NCBI GenBank assembly: GCA_964016885.1
Contig: OZ024740.1
Location: 315,518,001-315,582,000 of the forward strand
Length of the DNA: 64,000 bases
Direction: 5' to 3'
Origin: Eledone cirrhosa
Taxonomy: Eukaryota
In this document: positions 12,330 to 23,550 of the stretch, one piece after another
Layout of the letters: each line of letters starts with the position of its first letter
How positions within the stretch are numbered: position 1 is the stretch's first letter
Program-made: the position numbers and the translations under genes
Notes under the pieces: generated by a model
What the model saw: only the letters and a program-made list of their open reading frames with translations
What the model was told of the DNA's origin: nothing
Database searches by the model: none

Positions 12330-13693
12330 GGAAAGGAATTTATCAACAAAAAGATTGTAGTTGTTCATTAAAAAATGCATTCATTAACTAAAGAAATGTA
12401 TTTAAATATTAACAAAATGTATTTATCAAGTAAAGGGAATGTAATTGGAGCCTAAAGAAGAGTATTTTATCTAACAAAAGGTATTTATCAAGTAAAAAGA
12501 ATGTAATTGTGGACCAAAGAAATGTATTTATCTATTAACAAATTGTATTTATCAAGTAAAAGGAATGAAACTGTGGCCTTAAGAAATGTATTTATCAATT
12601 AAAAGGAATGTAATAGTGGACTAAAGAAATGTATTTATCAATTAAAAGAAATGTAACTGTGGCCTAAAGAAATGTATTTATCAATTAAAAGGAATGTAAC
12701 TGTGGCCTAAAGAAATGTATTTATCAATTAAAAGGAATGTAACTGTAGCCTAAAGAAATGTATTTATCAATTAAAAGGAATGTAACTGTGGACTAAAGAA
12801 ATGTATTTATCAATTAAAAGAAATGTAACTGTGGACTAAAGAAATGTATTTGTCAATTAAAAGGAATGTAACTGTGGCCTAAAGAAATGTATTTATCAAT
12901 TAAAAGGAATGTAACTGTGGACTAAAGAAATGTATTTATCAATTAAAAGGAATGTAACTGTGGACTAAAGAAATGTATTTATCAATTAAAAGGAATGTAA
13001 CTGTGGCCTAAAGAAATGTATTTATCAATTAAAAGGAATGTAACTGTGGCCTAAAGAAATGTATTTATCAATTAAAAGGAATGTATCTGTGGCCTAAAGA
13101 AATGTATTTATCAATTAAAAGGAATGTAACTGTGGCCTAAAGAAATGTATTTATCAATTAAAAGGAATGTAACTGTGGCCTAAAGAAATATATTTATCAA
13201 TTAAAAAGAATGTAACTGTGGCCTAAAGAAATGTATTTATCAATTAAAAGGAATGTAACTGTGGACTAAAGAAATGTATTTATCAATTAAAAGGAATGTA
13301 ACTGTGGCCTAAAGAAATGTATTTATCAATTAAAAGGAATGTAACTGTGGCCTAAAGAAATGTATTTATCAATTAAAAGGAATGTATCTGTGGCCTAAAG
13401 AAATGTATTTATCAATTAAAAGGAATGTAACTGTGGCCTAAAGAAATGTATTTATCAATTAAAAGGAATGTAACTGTGGCCTAAAGAAATGTATTTATCA
13501 ATTAAAAGGAATGTAACTGTGGCCTAAAGAAATGTATTTATCAATTAAAAGGAATGTAACTGTGGACTAAAGATTTCTTTAGTCCACAATATTTATCAAT
13601 TAAAAGGAATGTAACTGTGGACTAAAGATTTCTTTAGTCCACAATATTTATCAATTAAAAGGAATGTAACTGTGGACTAAAGAAATGTATTTA
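12330..13693 (+). repeat. 43-bp minisatellite array (about 30 units) in LONP2 intron 3
   Basis: Unit AAGAAATGTATTTATCAATTAAAAGGAATGTAACTGTGGCCTA. Degenerate at the left end and homogeneous from about 12570. Confidence 0.95.
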
Positions 13694-14388
13694 TCTAAAA
13701 TTGTCAAGAGGGCCGAGGGTGTCTTAGCATCACTCAGCAAGACCTTTGTCAGCCGCTCTCCAGCTATCTATTTAAGGCTGTACATGGCTATGGTGCAGCC
13801 ACACTTAGAATTTGCATCACCAGTCTGGAACCCCTATCTTGCTCAGAACATTGACCGCCTGGAAACTGTTCAGAGACGTGCAACCAAGCGAATACCCTCC
13901 ATCAGGCATCTACCATACTCTGACGCCTTGCTTCCCTGGGCATGGGATACATTGAAGCTCCGCACGCCTGGCAACTGACTTAGTTAACACCCACACAATT
14001 GTTAACCATCTTGCCAACAACAATCCTGAGTACCTTTTTGATTTCCATGTGTCTAACACACGTGGACATGCCCACAAAGTCAGAAAACAGCACAGCTCCA
14101 ATGACTTTCGGAAACATTTTTTCACACTCAGAGTTGCTGAAGCATGGAACAAACTACCTGCATCGGTTGTTAGCTGTCAAGACACTGCATCCTTTAAGGC
14201 CTCCATCCTTCCCGAGATCTGCCAACACTACAGCTAATGTTCCCCCTACATACACATACACACATGTATACCATGACTCATACACTATTCACTTCCCTGA
14301 CATTTGTGTATTATTCTATGTACTATACATACACCTTTGACGAGTTGTAGTGCACCTGAGCACTTTACACAATAATTTCATTATTATT
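13694..14388 (+). mobile_element. 5'-truncated CR1-type LINE
   Basis: LYMAMVQPHLEFASPVWNP...LETVQRRATK and TRGH...FFTLRVAEAWNKLP. Closely similar to 41881-42572. Confidence 0.9.
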
Positions 14389-15740
14389 TTTTAAAAGAAA
14401 CAAAATAAACTAACTGCTAGAGAATCTAAAATAAACTTCCAATAACTTAAAACAAAATTTAAAAAATATGTTTTCCTTAATATAAACACAAAATGGATGA
14501 AATCATTGTAGATACAATATATTTCCACAGACAAGTTTAGTGTTATTTTTGTTATCAGCAGTTGATTAGTTTACATCTGGTGACAGTATTTTATTCGCAT
14601 AGCGTACTTGAGAAGAATGTGTGTGGAGAGTCAAGTTGACAGGGTAGCAGATAACTAACCAAGGGGCTGGTAATAAATACTGAATCACTGTTGTGTCCTT
14701 AGCCAAAAGACTTAACTTTCAATAACAGAGTCCACCTAAATGGAAAGTCAAGTTGACAGAGTACCAACTAGCCAAGAGGCTGGTAATAAATCAATTCACA
14801 GTTGTATAAATAACATTACAAATATTGATGGAAATATGAAAGAAAAAAGTATCAAAATATAAAAACAAAACCAAGCAATGAACAGAGGGAGGAAGGGGTA
14901 AAAAAAGGGCAGGTCTGACTGTATTTAAAGTAGGAGAAAGGGCTAAAAATGCCATAAATGAGAGGAAAAGCAAGGACTATGAGGCCACGGAAGAAAGGAG
15001 AGAGAATGATAGGCTCTATGCCTGGGGCAGAGCAGTGTTTGGGCCCCGCAGACAAAACTGCAAAGGTATTTCTGCAGACAATGGCCAGCGCCACTCACTG
15101 CAATAGCCACACTATCTCGCTGGGTTCCTTCCTCAGACAGGGTGCTGACGATCCGATTTTTAATACTGAATTACGATTGTGTCCATGGGCAAGAGACTTG
15201 ACTCTCGATAACAGAGTATACCTAAATGGAGAGTCAATTTGACAGAGGCTGGTAATTCATACTGAATCACTGTTGTATTCTTCACAATCATTAGGCCCCA
15301 GGTTTGAGCCCACCACGTGGCATCTTGGACAAGTGTCATTTACCACAGCCTTGGGTCAACTCATGCCTTGAGTGATATTGGGTAGACAGAAACTGTTTGG
15401 AAGCTCATTGGATGGGCTGTATCTAAAATTCAAAGGGTCAATCTTTTCATCCGCTGTGTCGTGCTAATCTCCCTGAGAATTAGGTAAAGGGTACACATAA
15501 CTGTAAAATTCTCAACCACTTGCATGTTAATTTTATGTGTCCATGGCCAATAGACTTAATTCTCTATAACTTAGTACATATTCAACCAGGGATCAAAAAC
15601 CACTGAGCTAGAACCTAGCAGATGCTCAACCAGGGATCATAAACAATTGAACTAGAACCTAGCAGATGCTCATACATGACTCAATAAAAGTAGAACTTGG
15701 GATTCAACAACAATACATGTTACACAGGGATCCTACATAC

Positions 15741-15939
15741 CTAAGTCTTTATCAGGCAGCTGGTCAAGTTGTGTGACAGTAGCTACAGGATATGGGGTCT
15801 CTTGCAACAGTTCCTCCACTTTCAGTCGACACAGTCCTGTTACTAACAGGGTATATGCTGGTTTGGGCCAGTTGGTTCCTGTTACCTGCACCACTACTGC
15901 TGCTGTTCCAATTGAGTGAAGGGTGTTTAAATCTTCATC
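15741..15939 (-). CDS. LONP2: LONP2 coding exon 3
   Basis: DEDLNTLHSIGTAAVVVQVTGTNWPKPAYTLLVTGLCRLKVEELLQETPYPVATVTQLDQL is Lon N-domain sequence (NWPKP motif typical of LONP2). AG/GTATG boundaries, 199 nt. Confidence 0.95.
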
Positions 15940-16495
15940 CTAAAAAGACAACAGATAGGACAATGAAATGAAAGGAAATTATATGAGTTTGAGTAAGAGA
16001 TGACATTTAACTGTAAAACTATTTATTTTAATAATAAACAAATATTAAAATTTGCATAAATCATGTTACTCATACAAGGATGGGAAAATGAATGGAAAAC
16101 AATAAAAAAAAAAATCACAAAGCAAATGTTATAGATACATTAACCATGTGTTCCTGGTTTAGTAAAGGATTGATGTCAAAAAGGGCATCTGGCTGTAAAA
16201 CATTGCCTCAAAAAGTCTCATCTAACCCATGCCAGCATGTAAAAACAATGACAATGAACACATATATACACAAACACTGATACAAACACAACCAAATATA
16301 CAGAGATGCACACCTTTACATGCAAGTAAATAAATATAAATCCTGCAAATACACATGAACAACACATATACAGAATACATGCACACAGGAATATACATAC
16401 AGGAATACACATACATACAGGAACACATATACATGCAGAAAAACATACATAAATGCATACAGATACACTTATGGACAGCAACACATATACAGAGT

Positions 16496-16535
<40 letters not shown>

Positions 16536-16730
16536 TGACAACAACGCATATACAGAATACATGCACACAGGAATACATATACAAACAGGAACACACATAC
16601 ATACATACAGAGGAACATGCATAGATGCATACAGATGCCATAGATGCATACAGATGCACATATATATAGATTACAAGAACACATAGAGACACACATATAA
16701 ACAGCATATACATATTTGGAAACAACTTAC

Positions 16731-16821
16731 AGCATCATCAGTTTGTTCCTTTGGAATGACACCAATGATTGTACTGCGAAGTGAGCTTCGGCCCATAAGG
16801 CGTCCTTTTACCATATTCATG
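16731..16821 (-). CDS. LONP2: LONP2 coding exon 2
   Basis: TTTCAG acceptor and GTAAG donor. (N)MNMVKGRLMGRSSLRSTIIGVIPKEQTDDA. 91 nt, phase-compatible with its neighbours. Confidence 0.9.
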
Positions 16822-18258
16822 CTGAAAGATAAATGAAGCTATTACATTAGAGATATTACAGGACCAAGGAATATTTAAGAAAAATAATTGTTTCAATTTT
16901 TGCCACAAGGCCAGCAATTTGGGAGCAGGAGAAAGTCAATTAAATCGACCCCAATGTGTTACTGGTAATTTATTTTATTGACCCTGTAAGGATGAAAGGT
17001 AAAGCTAACCTCAATGGCATTTGAACTCAAAACATAAGGACCGTAACTATATACTGCAAATTCTAACAATACTGCCAATCCACCACCCTTAACAAAAATA
17101 ATGGTTTCTGATTTAGGCACAAGGCCAACAATTTTAGGGGAGAGGAAAGTCAATTAAATCAACCCCAGTGCATTACTGGTACTTTATTTTATTGAACCTG
17201 TAAGGATGAAAGACAAAGCTAACCTCGGCAGGATGTGAACTCAGAACGTAAAGGACCATAACTATATGCTACAAAGTATGTTGTCCAACGCTGTACCGAT
17301 ACTGCCAATTGAAAACAAAGGTGGGGAGGTTTTATCTACAATAATTGAGGTGGGGGTATATTATTAACCTTTTTGATACCAGACCACATGAAACCACAGG
17401 TTTCTGTGGCATTAAACAACTGAGAGTATAAGACATGCCCTGAACAGGACACCAGTCTATCGCAGGGTTAAACCCCCAGCTATTGCTGGTACTCTTTTCA
17501 GCTGAGTATACTGGAGCAGTGTGATATGAAGCGCTTTGCTCAAGAACACAACACACAACCCATTCCAAGAACTGAAACCACAATACTATAATTGTAAGTT
17601 CAACATCCTTACTACTAGGCCACACACCTCCACTTAAGTTTTAACTGAGTTATCAAATGAGATACCTTTCTTTAAACATTTTCCTTTTCTCTGTCATTTA
17701 TTGAACAATATCACAATATAACTTGCCAAACAAAGGGTCAGATGGACCCTTCAGTTGTGTCAAAAATATGATAACCTCCCTATTGCAAGTGCCATGATAG
17801 AGAACAAGAACATATATAAGCAAGATGAGACCTGGTCCATCTGAGAGATCTGCAGCTCTGATCAAACACTGACCTATCCAACCCTATATCAGGGAAAAGG
17901 ATGTTAAATGATGTTAATAATGATGATGATTCCAACATTTTCTACTTTCATCAGATTAAGTGACTATCCAGCTAGCAGGAAAGTTTCTACTGCCACTCAA
18001 CCTGGTGAATGCTACTCCGAGATAGTCTTCTTCACCCATTTATTCCAAAGAGGGTCATGGGGCAGAGTCTTCAAACACTCATTCCAGTAGGTCCTGTCAG
18101 AAGCAACCATCTCCAATTGATCCAGCTGGATCCCCAAACGAGACCAGCCAAGCTCATGGATGTTATCCAACCATCTTGCTCTGGGTCTATCCCTGAGTCT
18201 CCTGCTGGTTGGTTTTGCCCATAAATTCTGTTCAGCGATTCTTTCCTAAGGCCTGACA

Positions 18259-19480
18259 TCTATACTATAAAGCTGACGGCCGTATGTATGTAACAAACTT
18301 TTCGCCAAACGGCACCAAATTTGCACCATAGATGTAACTTTTTCCAAGTAAGAAATGAGGGTATTTTTGTCTACTAAATTTTGTTAAAAGATGAAAGATA
18401 TTTTATCGTTTATTTAAATATTCACTTCTTTAAAAGTTTCAAATGTCAACACTTCCGGTTATACAACAATCCTAACGTCTTCACGAACCAAAGTATCATC
18501 TTCCTGTTTTCTTTCGGTTGCAACGTTTTTCAAAATATTTACTTCTGCGATCAGATTGATTTTTTTAGTTTCAGAAGATCCCGTTAAGGGTGAAAGCAGC
18601 GATTCTTTGATTACACTTTAATCTGTTATTTTAATATATATATACATATATATGTAGGCACATGGCTTAGTGGTTAGAGCATTGGCCTTGCAATCGAAAG
18701 GTTGTGAGTTCAATTCTCAGACCGGGTGATGTGTTGTTTCCTTGAGCAAGACACTTTATTTCACATTGCTCCAGTTTCCTCAGCTGTAGAAATGAGATGA
18801 TAGGGACTGGGGTCCCTATAATTCCACTGCAAAGTGGTCGTGGAGGTGCCACGGCAAAACAGCACCCAGCACTCACTGTAAATGAGGTTGGTGTTAGGAA
18901 GGGCATCCAGCCAGAATCTGTTTCCGTCCCACCCTTGCAAGCAGGGAAAAGCGGATGTAAAATGAAATGATGATGAATGATGATATATAATTATATATTC
19001 GTGTACAGATATTTTTGCATACACAAAAACAAAATATAAACAAACGTATTTATTTCATGAAAGCACAGACGGCTTATCGTCATTGTTACTGCCGATATAC
19101 TACCCAAAAAGTCCTAGCCTGGCCGCAAGATCAAATTTTCCAGAGGAAAAAATCTTACTAGAGCAACAGAGAGACTAAGCTTCGCGATTACCATCAACAA
19201 AGCTCAGGGTCAAACCCTAAAAGTGGCTGGCCTTCATCTGGGACAACCATGCTTCTGCCATGGTCAATTGTATGTAGGATACTCTAGGGTGGGCTCGCCA
19301 AACAATCTCTTCATCTTTGCTCCTGAGGGCTGAACAAAAAATATGGTATACTCTGAGGCTCTAACAATGTAATTTATGTATTTTCTGATACTTGGAATTT
19401 CCATTATGGTTGTACAAATTATTGTAAAGTTTGTTAAAAAATGTGTTCTCTGTTCAACCTTTATTGTTGTAACTATCAAT
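18259..19480 (+). mobile_element. Helitron remnant with a Pif1 helicase C-terminal fragment, interrupted by a SINE
   Basis: A|TCTATACTATAAA 5' end. 19175-19363 translates LSFAITINKAQGQTLKVAGLHLGQPCFCHGQLYVGYSRVG...TKNMVYSEAL (Pif1/Helitron motifs V-VI) with one internal TGA. Confidence 0.75.
18656..18973 (+). mobile_element. Composite SINE family B copy
   Basis: Near-identical reverse complement of 7496-7829. Confidence 0.85.
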
Positions 19481-19544
19481 TTTCTTTAACGTACTGGCTG
19501 CTGAACTGGGGAATCCTAAAAACTATTCAAACCCAACAACAGAG

Positions 19545-19625
19545 CACCTGTAAGGGTGCCTAGTTGTTTCAGTGCCTTAGCCTCACCATCACCTGTGGCA
19601 ATGCTGCAAGTGTATTGGCTTGCCT
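19545..19625 (+). mobile_element. CRE-clade non-LTR C-terminal remnant
   Basis: GA*LFQCLSLTITCGNAASVLAC resembles the FQRLS.AI.RGNA motif that ends RLE-bearing CRE elements. Homologous to 21115-21271. Confidence 0.55.
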
Positions 19626-20515
19626 CAAAGTATTTAGTTAACCTCTGAAATGTAATGTGGCAGATTGTCGTATTTGGTGGTGGATTGTCCCCTCCCCCTC
19701 CCTTATTTTGTTATCTCTTTTATGCGTTTATATTTGTATACATCATATATTTGTGTTTCGTTCTGTAAGCATTATATTATTATACAACTGTGAATAAATA
19801 ATGATAATACTTTTAAACAAACTAATTGCATAAAGTAAATCATATGTTTGAGTTGACAAAGCAACCCCCACTCTAATGAACTCTAGCCCTAACGAACCTA
19901 ACCGTAATGAACCCCAATCTTAACGTGTATATACTCTATGAATCCGGTGGATCAGATGCGATACTTTCATCATCTGATTTTGAGATTTATTGACATATAT
20001 TAAAATATATTCCTTATACATATGATTTATTTTATATAACGAGCTCGTATTAAAATGGATCTATCTTGGTAAACAGTCGAGAAGTATTTGGTGGATATAA
20101 AATTCTAGAATATTTCTAAGTTAATGTAACTAAAATGTTCAATTTATCATATATTAAGTGTATGTTAGTAATTTGTATTATAAGATGTAACACAATACAT
20201 ATTATATTCCCGTGTGTAATTTCATATAACTTGAGGATTATATGTATATTGCATATAACAGACATTAGCAAGTGACAGAGAACTAATTTTCTTGCCTCTG
20301 GAACTATTCCAGGTTGAAATAATTTCACTTCATTTACCCCACTAATTCTCTTGAAAAATATAACATCACCACTCTTTATTGCCCCTCCTAGGTCAGATGT
20401 AGTTCTACAAAAGATTAGCTAACGTAGTTGTAGTAATCCAATGAGTGACATTTATGTACACGCAGTGATATGAGAGACAGTAATAATTAATAAACAATGA
20501 ATTTAGTTTACTCAC

Positions 20516-20619
20516 TTCTGTAAGCTGCGAACTAATATACGCATAGAAGAACCTGGTAACAAGACATTGTCGGCAATAAGTAGAGGTAGGCGTCGAGGAA
20601 TTGTTATTGAAGAAGCCAT
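20516..20619 (-). CDS. LONP2: Peroxisomal Lon protease, coding exon 1
   Basis: ATG at 20619 gives MASSITIPRRLPLLIADNVLLPGSSMRILVRSLQ, resembling the LONP2 N-terminus (IPSRLPLL...VLLPGSTMR). Followed by a GTGAG donor. 104 nt, ends in phase 2. Confidence 0.9.
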
Positions 20620-21114
20620 TGTAAACAATGTAACCAATTTTTTTATATTTTAAACAGACGGAAAGGATTCTTTTCTAAATCATCAAGACATTGGTTATTT
20701 AAAACACTTTCATCATTATATCACTCTAGTGTACACGTAATAAGTGTACAATTAGAGAAGTTGATTGTATAACATACTAAATAACATTCACTAAGGTTGA
20801 CACCGGCGGTGTCAGATAGTTGTTAGAGTATAATTATTATTCGACCTAGTAGATAATTTTTTTTAAGAACAGTATTAGTTCATGAAAGACAAGTACTTTT
20901 AGATTTATATATTAATAAGTTATTCTATGTATGCAAATATACAGCAGTTTTCAAAATTAGGCCTGATACTTGTTTAGAATTATCTCACACTGTTATCAAT
21001 GTTCTACAAAATCTTGAATATCTCATTTCACTTTTCCTTTGTATAAATAACATTACAAATTGTTTATAATTCTTAGAGAATGAAAATACAAATACAAATT
21101 ATTTTTTCCAATCT

Positions 21115-21271
21115 GTAGTGTTCGAGACGTTTGGTGTAGTTGCGTCGACTGACAGTGAAGTTCTTGTCATTGCTGGTGGCTCGCCTTACTGGGGTTTCAG
21201 GTGATGCCCGTGAGGGTGCCTAGTTCTTTCAGCGCATTAGCTTCGCCATCACCCGTGGTAATGCTGCGGTC
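21115..21271 (+). mobile_element. CRE-clade non-LTR C-terminal remnant
   Basis: VVFETFG ... GDAREGA*FFQRISFAITRGNAAV. Confidence 0.65.
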
Positions 21272-22229
21272 TTCCTAATATGTAATCGTTCAAGGATTTG
21301 AATAGTTCTGTAGCTGTGGTGTTAGTTGGCAAAAACAATGCGCATAACAAATCCTCGTGCACATCTTCCTGAAAAATATAACACACAAAAATGAGTAATA
21401 TTGTCTTGTCAACACCAGTAGATTCGCCTACCTGAATTGTGTACCACGGAGACTCATTAATCCTCTCTAACAACTGTTCCTCGACATCTGCTACTTCATT
21501 CATTAATACGCCTTATTATGGTGCTAACCGAAGGAGGAACGTTTGCAACCTTTTTAGCTGCTTCCTCTTCGAAAAGTTTACTGCAAATGTTTAAAAAAAT
21601 TCCAGATACTTGTCTTTTTAATGCCGGGTACTTGTCTTTGACTGCAGGATGCTTGCTCTCATGTGGAGAAGTAATTTTGAGGGTTGCATGGCTTTATTAT
21701 ACACAGCAGTTATAGAGCATGTGAATCACTTGTGATGAAACCATATTTTATGTAGGACTCTTGGTATTTTCTTATAAATGCAGCTTTTTTTTTTTGTTTG
21801 CACTCTTCGACCCTTCCGGTGTCTCATTGATGTGTCTTTCTTCCTTTTCAAAGTAATTATTCAGTGACATTGCTCTTGGGTTATTGTACCAAAATTCTTT
21901 AAAATCTGAAAATTAGTTGGGATTAGAAAATTAGTTGAAAATTATTACAAATAGATAAAAATATACATTAATTGTAAAATGTATGGTAGATAGTAAAGGT
22001 AGACGTAAAATATACATTAATTATAAAAATATACATTAATTATAGAATGTACTGATAGAAAGTATTGAGAAGATGAATATTGAATATTTAAACAAATCAT
22101 TTCAAATTAAAGTCCAATTTTCAATTCAACCTCTTACATAATTTTAAACAAGTTAATTATTTCTTTGTGGCCCCTAGCAAATGATTCACGAACTGGTACA
22201 GGTCCGCGGCGCGTGCTTAAGGACCTCTG
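21272..22229 (-). mobile_element. Degenerate hAT (Buster/Charlie, ZBED5-like) transposon 5' part
   Basis: ORF 21249..21503 EQLLERINESPWYTIQVGESTGVDKTILLIFVCYIFQEDVHEDLLCALFLPTNTTATELF resembles the Buster-type QxDESTD region, with the catalytic D mutated. A CAGAGGTCC terminus lies near 22229. Confidence 0.75.
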
Positions 22230-23550
22230 CTATAGACTACATTTCTAGTTTTACGATTTATTTGTAGATTTACTCTACATATTACACATTTCTTATTTGT
22301 ACAGCAGGTTTTCTTAAAGGGGTAAGTTTTACTGATCAGTGTAGTTCCTGAATTTTCTATCACTTTAATATTTAAATAGGTTTTTTCTTAGAGCCTTTCT
22401 AAATTAACTAACTAGTTCACCTCCAGGGGTTTCATCCACGAACATGACACTCTGGTATCTCTGGTTGTACCATTAGCCAATGTATACTTTAAAGAATACT
22501 ATATATCTTCAAAAGTTCTAATGAGTGACAGAAGAGAGATACACAATCTTGACAAATAGCAATAACCCAGAAACAATATTGTCGGTTGTTTCTCTTTGTC
22601 ACCGCTAGAACAAAATGATGGTAATGGTTATCTAAAAAGCATACGTAATGAGGCTGCTTGCAAATGAATCTGGATTGACAGTATTGGTAGAGAGTCAGAC
22701 GCCATGCTTTCCAGCATAGTTACGTTCCTTTACGGTCCGAGTTCAAATCCCGCCGAGGTTAACTTTGCCTTTCATCCTTATGGGGTCGATAAAATAAAGT
22801 ACCAGTAATGTACTGGATAATTACTGGCCTTGTGCCAAAAGTAGAAACAATTATTATTCGATGTAAAACTCATGAACACAAATCATTCAGTATTTTATTT
22901 CATTAACGCAGAAGTTAAAAAATGTCCTCTTGTTTAGTTTCAGACATGTTATAGCATCTGACATGGTTAAATGATTGCATTTGTAAAAGGGGAAAATAGA
23001 ATAGCCTAAGATAAATAGCATTTAGATAATTGTGGAGACATGTTATATCTAATTGACCTTTATCTGTAACATTACCTTTAATCATTTATACACATAAGAA
23101 GCTGCTTGGATTTTACTAAACTAATCATAAGCAGTTTATCTAAATATGTTGTGAGAAGAATAACAATTAGTAGAGGGCTTCTTGTTGCTGTTTAGCCCCC
23201 AAGTTAAACTTTATTCGGCAGGCTTATGATCAAAGACACTCTTCTTCTGGCCAAATTTACAGCTCCGTCTGACCCATGCAAGCATAGAAAATGAACGTTA
23301 AACGTTAAACATTGATGATGATATATAATAGGTGGATTCCCAATGTATATGGGGAGGTGTCTACAGTTAAAAAAGTTCTCAATACATTAGTAAAATATAG
23401 ACATCTTTATTTTATTATAGAAATGACTTCTACAGGACTAGAGCTGTTTCATGATGATTTCTTACAAATGAAACAGTTCTAGCCCTGCAGAAGTCATTCC
23501 TCTAATAAAATAAAGATATATATATATATTCGAAAATTTGGAAATCTGAG

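Noticed and set aside
12330-13693. CRISPR-like regular array
   Set aside because: The units are contiguous and near-identical with no unique spacers, the context is a eukaryotic intron, and there are no cas genes. It is a minisatellite.
16218-16725. Cys/Val/Tyr-rich overlapping ORFs (also 50428-50894 and 54090-54392)
   Set aside because: Degenerate (CA/TA)n low-complexity DNA that is open in many frames, with no domain signal.
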